64,000 nucleotides of DNA from Vermamoeba vermiformis (lineage: Eukaryota): positions 1-64,000 of the forward strand of contig JBEWZL010000236.1 of NCBI GenBank assembly GCA_045837725.1, given 5' to 3'. Under the pieces are notes generated by a model, which was given only the letters and a program-made list of their open reading frames with translations, was not told the origin of the DNA and did no database searches. The position numbers and the translations under genes were made by a program. Below are positions 59,543 through 64,000 of the stretch, in pieces. Every line of letters begins with the position of its first letter. The first letter of the stretch is position 1.

Positions 59543-61792
59543 TTATTGCTGCCGACAGTTGTTGCCGTCATCTTCTTCATTGGTCTGACCGTTGTCGTGG
59601 TGTGCTTCGTAGTTGGCTTGAAAGGCTTGTTCGAAATTGAATCCGACTGGCCTTGTTGAGTACGAAGCCGCGTCGGACATGTAATTGCTATTTGAATTGC
59701 TCGTGCTCGGCGAGTCAGCACTCACGCTGCTGAACGGCGATGGCCGGTGCGGATTTGGCTCCAAGAACGAAGTCGAGGAGATCTGACTAATATTGGCTGG
59801 ATTAGGTTTCGTGTTTTCACTTGCACCAACGCCAAACGGATCAAAGATAGGCGGTGATGTGGCGTATGAAGGGTACTGGGATTGAACTGCATCTGGCTTT
59901 GGTTGCGGTGGCACATCCGTGGGCAAGTCAAACAATTGCACAGGATACACTCGTCCCAGGCCTGTAAAATCATGCAAATGATACGGCCGTGGCAGCAGCA
60001 TCTTCAACTGTTCAGCGACTTGTGGATTGATTTCGTGTGGCTGTGGGAATCTGACCCGGAACTTGACCACCATGTTGCCGCGCTGTGTGTCTTTGAACTT
60101 GGGCATGCCTTCATTCCATATCACTTTGGTATCACCTATGGGTTTGTGCTGTTAGAGACACTGCTGAAGTTGTAATTCCGCGTAGATTTCGCAGACTGAG
60201 AATAACAATTCTGTTGCAGAATAAGTGCAAAGTTAACACTGACCTGGCTTGATAATTTGTCCCGGCAATGAACGGATGAATAAAATGCGTCCGTCCAAGT
60301 GATTGATGACGAACTGAAAGCCAGTGAGTGCTTCAACTAGGGACAGTTCGTGCTCGAGAATCAAATTGCTCTTTTCGCGCTTGAACACGGGATGCTCTTT
60401 CTCTTGCAGCACGATCAGTACGTCGCCAGGAATAACGCCAGGCTGAGAATAAGAGCGGTTAGAATACATTCTAGTTGCGTGGATTTAACGGTTGAAATTA
60501 ACGTCGATGAAATTCAACGCTGAAAATTGTTTCAACGAGCTGCAACCGTCAGATTCTCAAAACGATATTCGTTCGAATTCTCGCTCGAAACTAGAGTCAT
60601 ATCTTAAGCGAGATCGCGGTGTGATATTCGAGCTCTAAATATGGCAAGTGGAGTTACATACTGCTTGATCACCCTCGCCCTTGAATGCAATGCGATGGCC
60701 ATTCCACATGCCAGCCTTGATAATTACTTCCAGCACCTTGCGCTCTTCAACGACCTTGTCGCCGTGACATCGTTTACACCGGTCACGCTCACCAATTACG
60801 TGTCCTAAGTAGCGGAGGTCAGTCACAAGTCATGGGTGAATTATCTCAGTGACGCATAATTCAGAGGTGTCATCAATGCGTACCTGTTCCTTTGCACGTC
60901 GGACATTCCATTTGTAGATCTTGCATCAAACCGAAGGCTAGAGGCTTCGAGATGTGAACGGCTCCCTTGCCGTGACACGCTGCGCATTCTTGGGTTTGGA
61001 TTCCTTCGCGAATTCCCTTTCTGTATTGTAATAAGGTTAAAAATATGCCTTGTGAGTGAATAAACAACGAAGGAGGCTAGTAAGTTGCTTGATTTTACGT
61101 TGTTGCCTATCGGAATTTTAAATTGAAGCTTGTTTGAGCGATTAGACCGGGAATGACACTCAAACGAGCGTTAAATAAATGTTTAATAGCCCGATCAGGT
61201 ATTATATGTCATAATTGTTGCTATTAATAAATGGTCGATTGATTGCACGCAATTAAACAGATCAATTGTGAGGCTTACCCTTCGCAGTGGGGACACAGTA
61301 TATTTTTCTTTAGCTGCAATTTCTTCGAGGCACCGTTGTATAAATCTTCTAGCGTGACTGGCAGTCTGTAAACCAGATCTTGCCCTTTGACCACGCTGTC
61401 ATAATAATACGATTTGTAAAATTCCGGGTGTATGTTTTGCGCTCGCTTGATATTTTCTTCTCCAAACAGATCATATAATTTTCTCTTTGCTTCATCTGTT
61501 AAAATTTCATACGCGTTCTTAATCTCCTTGAACTGTCCCAAAAAAACATTAAAATTAATATTAACTAATAATATTAGAAATAAATGATCTATTAATGAGT
61601 ATTTTAATCGAAATTTGCACGAATAATTCCATATTCGATAAATTTTACCTTTTCGCTGGCAGCAGGATCTCCGTGCGTTCTGTCAGGATGATACTTCATC
61701 GCTAATTTTCTGTAGGCCCTCTTTATTTCTTCCTCGGTGGCCGTGGTAGAAACACCCAATAGGGTGTACAACCTCGTTTCTACTGGATTCAT
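59543..61792 (-). CDS. dnaJ: Class A J-domain protein (Ydj1/DNAJA-like) with CaaX box
   Basis: HPD motif, four CxxCxGxG-type repeats, [21 protein letters not shown], and C-terminal CRQQ. Confidence 0.92.
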
Positions 61793-62037
61793 TTCCTTTC
61801 CGGATCACCTTTGAAAAAGCACCATTCAGTTACACGACCATCAATGGATTGCTGTTGGATAAGAAGAAGAACAACAAGACAAAGTTTTAAAAAAGGCAAT
61901 CAAAGCAACAACAACTCGCGGAGATCTGATTGGAATTTCTGAAAAAATTCAAAAGGCCATCGTACAGCTAACGTTACAACTTTATGGCATGATCTAACTA
62001 GCTTTATATACGTAATGTAATTACACGGTTGTACACT

Positions 62038-62839
62038 TCATTCCAAAGCACTGTCTACTTTGGCAATTACACTCTTCAAAACTTTCCATTGGTCCTTGCT
62101 CAATGCAATACCTAGCGGGCGATTGTTATTAATATATCGCAGAATATAGCTCGCAACACTAGCTACGTACCCTTCTTGCCAGGTTTGCGTTCACCAGACT
62201 CTTTGTCGTTGTAATACTCGCGGATGTTGACGAACACTTGGCCTTTGAACTCACTCACGGAGACTGCTTTGTTCTTGCCCAACTAATAGCAATGATATTA
62301 ATATGTATTGAGCTGCATAGATGCAATTTAAGAATTCCTCGTGACGTCAGCGCCAGCTCATTAGATAATAATTGTAACCAAAATAATTATATTAACTTGA
62401 TGAAATAACTCGATGTTGCCTGCTTTACTTTGGAAATGAGCGTATTGAAGCACTCGGCACGAATGTGAAGGGAAATCTCTGGAGAATAATTCAAAGCACT
62501 TACATCCCAGAACTTCTCGCTACTGTCATCGTCCGATTTTTTGCCGCCCTTGGCCTTCTTCGCGGGCCTCTCTTCAGCCTCATCGTCCTACAAATAGGGT
62601 AATTAGACGCCAATAACTATATAATTAAATTGCATGGCTTATTTGTTACTATTACGGATGATTCCATTGAAGATCAATTTTAGAATATTTTTTAAATTAT
62701 TTGCAGTATAATTGGACGAAGTGTTGATACGTACAGATGCGTCTTTTTTCGAGGAAGACTTCTTTCTCTTCTTAGTTTCCTTCTTCTCCTCTTGTTGTTC
62801 AACCTCTTCCGCGCTCTTATCCTTTTCGCTGTCTGACAT
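62038..62839 (-). CDS. SUB1: Transcriptional coactivator PC4/Sub1
   Basis: [41 protein letters not shown], after a K/S/D-rich N-terminus. Confidence 0.92.
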
Positions 62840-62907
62840 TGTGGCTGTGTTCAAGATGTTGTTGTGGAAATGTAATTATTCTTGTTTGGTTGCAACGGGC
62901 AGCACAG

Positions 62908-63575
62908 ATGGAGGAAAAGAGAAAAGAGCTCGAGCAGCATTTAGAGAATTTAATCGAGACTCTACGGCATTGTATCATTATTGTAGAGCAGTTCAAGCCT
63001 GAGGAAAGTCAATCTGTATTCCATGACAAATTGTAAGAATTAATATTTGCGTGCCAGTAATTATTTTAAATACAAAATAGCACCGCAAAATTATGCACGC
63101 GATGGTCCTAATTAATGAGGAATTTTTAGACAAAATGGAGTTATCAACAAGTTTAAAATATTGGACAAGTTCAGGGACGTCTACGACGTTGAAATACCAC
63201 TTGACGTGCTTGAGTAAGTAATATTCGGTACATTAATAAGCATCTAATGGCCCGCAGTTTGATTGATCAAGGACGCAATCCGGATCTGTATTCCAAAGAG
63301 GCTCTAGAAAAGTGCATCAAAATGAACGAAGTATCCAAAGGCAAGATAGATGCCCTCGAGGTATGTGCTACAACACGAAATAGTAACAGCACGGCAGTTC
63401 ACGGCACACTGTCGTGACAGTTTTTTTGAGATCATTGACCACGAAACTCAATCTTTCTCTTCTATAGAAATTTAGAACAGCACTCGAAACAGAGGTTGAT
63501 AGCGCCTTTCCTGAGTACTTGGCGGAGTACAAACGACTCAAACAGAAAGCTCAATCGGATGGAGCAGAAAATTGA
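62908..63575 (+). CDS. MED10: Mediator subunit 10
   Basis: LEQHLENLIETLR..VEIPLDVLDLIDQGRNPDLYS..KGKIDALEKFR. Four exons. Confidence 0.9.
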
Positions 63576-64000
63576 GATCGAATGAAGTTGCAATGTACAT
63601 AATCGTGTAAATAAGAGTCGACAACTAAACCACTACTTGCTTGTATACTTTTCAATGTTTTCTGCTTGATCTGTGTCCTATAGTGCTGATTTCAAATCGA
63701 TTCTGCTGTTTTGAATATTCAAATACAAATTTATTATCCATAGGCCATAAATACAAACACTTGAGCAGTGTGATATCAATGAGTAGGGTCTAAATAAAAT
63801 TATAGTTAGGCTAAGAATAGCAACGGACAATAATTTTGGCGTGTTCGGACAATTCAGATCTTTCACAGAACCACCGAATTAATTTTCATTATTCACAGAA
63901 AAATAGGTTGCAACGTGTAATTGTCCGTAGCATCGGCGATTTACTTGCACATATAAGGGTAATTTTTCGGTCAATTAATAAATTTGCTGTGGACTAGTTA

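Noticed and set aside
61930-61950. Heat-shock element upstream of DnaJ
   Set aside because: The GAA/TTC spacing is not the canonical nGAAn inverted array.
63640-64000. Possible terminal exon of a minus-strand gene entering from the right edge
   Set aside because: There is a plausible acceptor near 63791 but no recognisable protein motif, so it cannot be supported from this window.

Overview
This is a gene-dense, AT-rich eukaryotic window with about 34 protein-coding genes. Introns are GT-AG and mostly short (about 43-60 nt, some 100-350 nt), with CTAAC/CTGAC/CTAAT branch sites. The standard genetic code applies. Gene content and intron style suggest a free-living protist, probably an amoebozoan (inference). 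The ORF track fragments most genes, so I rebuilt them by manual splicing. Housekeeping genes: SAC1-like, HisRS, UNG, PRDX5, SNF7, ATG6, GRHPR, DnaJA, PC4, MED10, MsrB, YqeY/AIM41, Ttd14-like. Unusual architectures: (1) a bacterial-style caspase-family protease spliced to a GRF zinc finger and a SAP DNA-binding domain; (2) a DNMT3-type methyltransferase with N-terminal BAH and SAM domains; (3) an RGG-cpYpsA(SLOG)-DUF4326 fusion lying head-to-head with a SelO/APH-like pseudokinase; (4) a head-to-head pair of paralogous receptor kinases beside a STAT-like protein whose SH2 lacks the invariant Arg; (5) a minimal ATP-dependent DNA ligase with two PBZ fingers next to UNG; (6) a His-brace X325/LPMO-like GPI protein; (7) an ET-domain C2H2 zinc-finger protein. 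I found no rRNA, tRNA, CRISPR array or intact mobile element. All domain calls come from motif recognition by eye, not from database searches.
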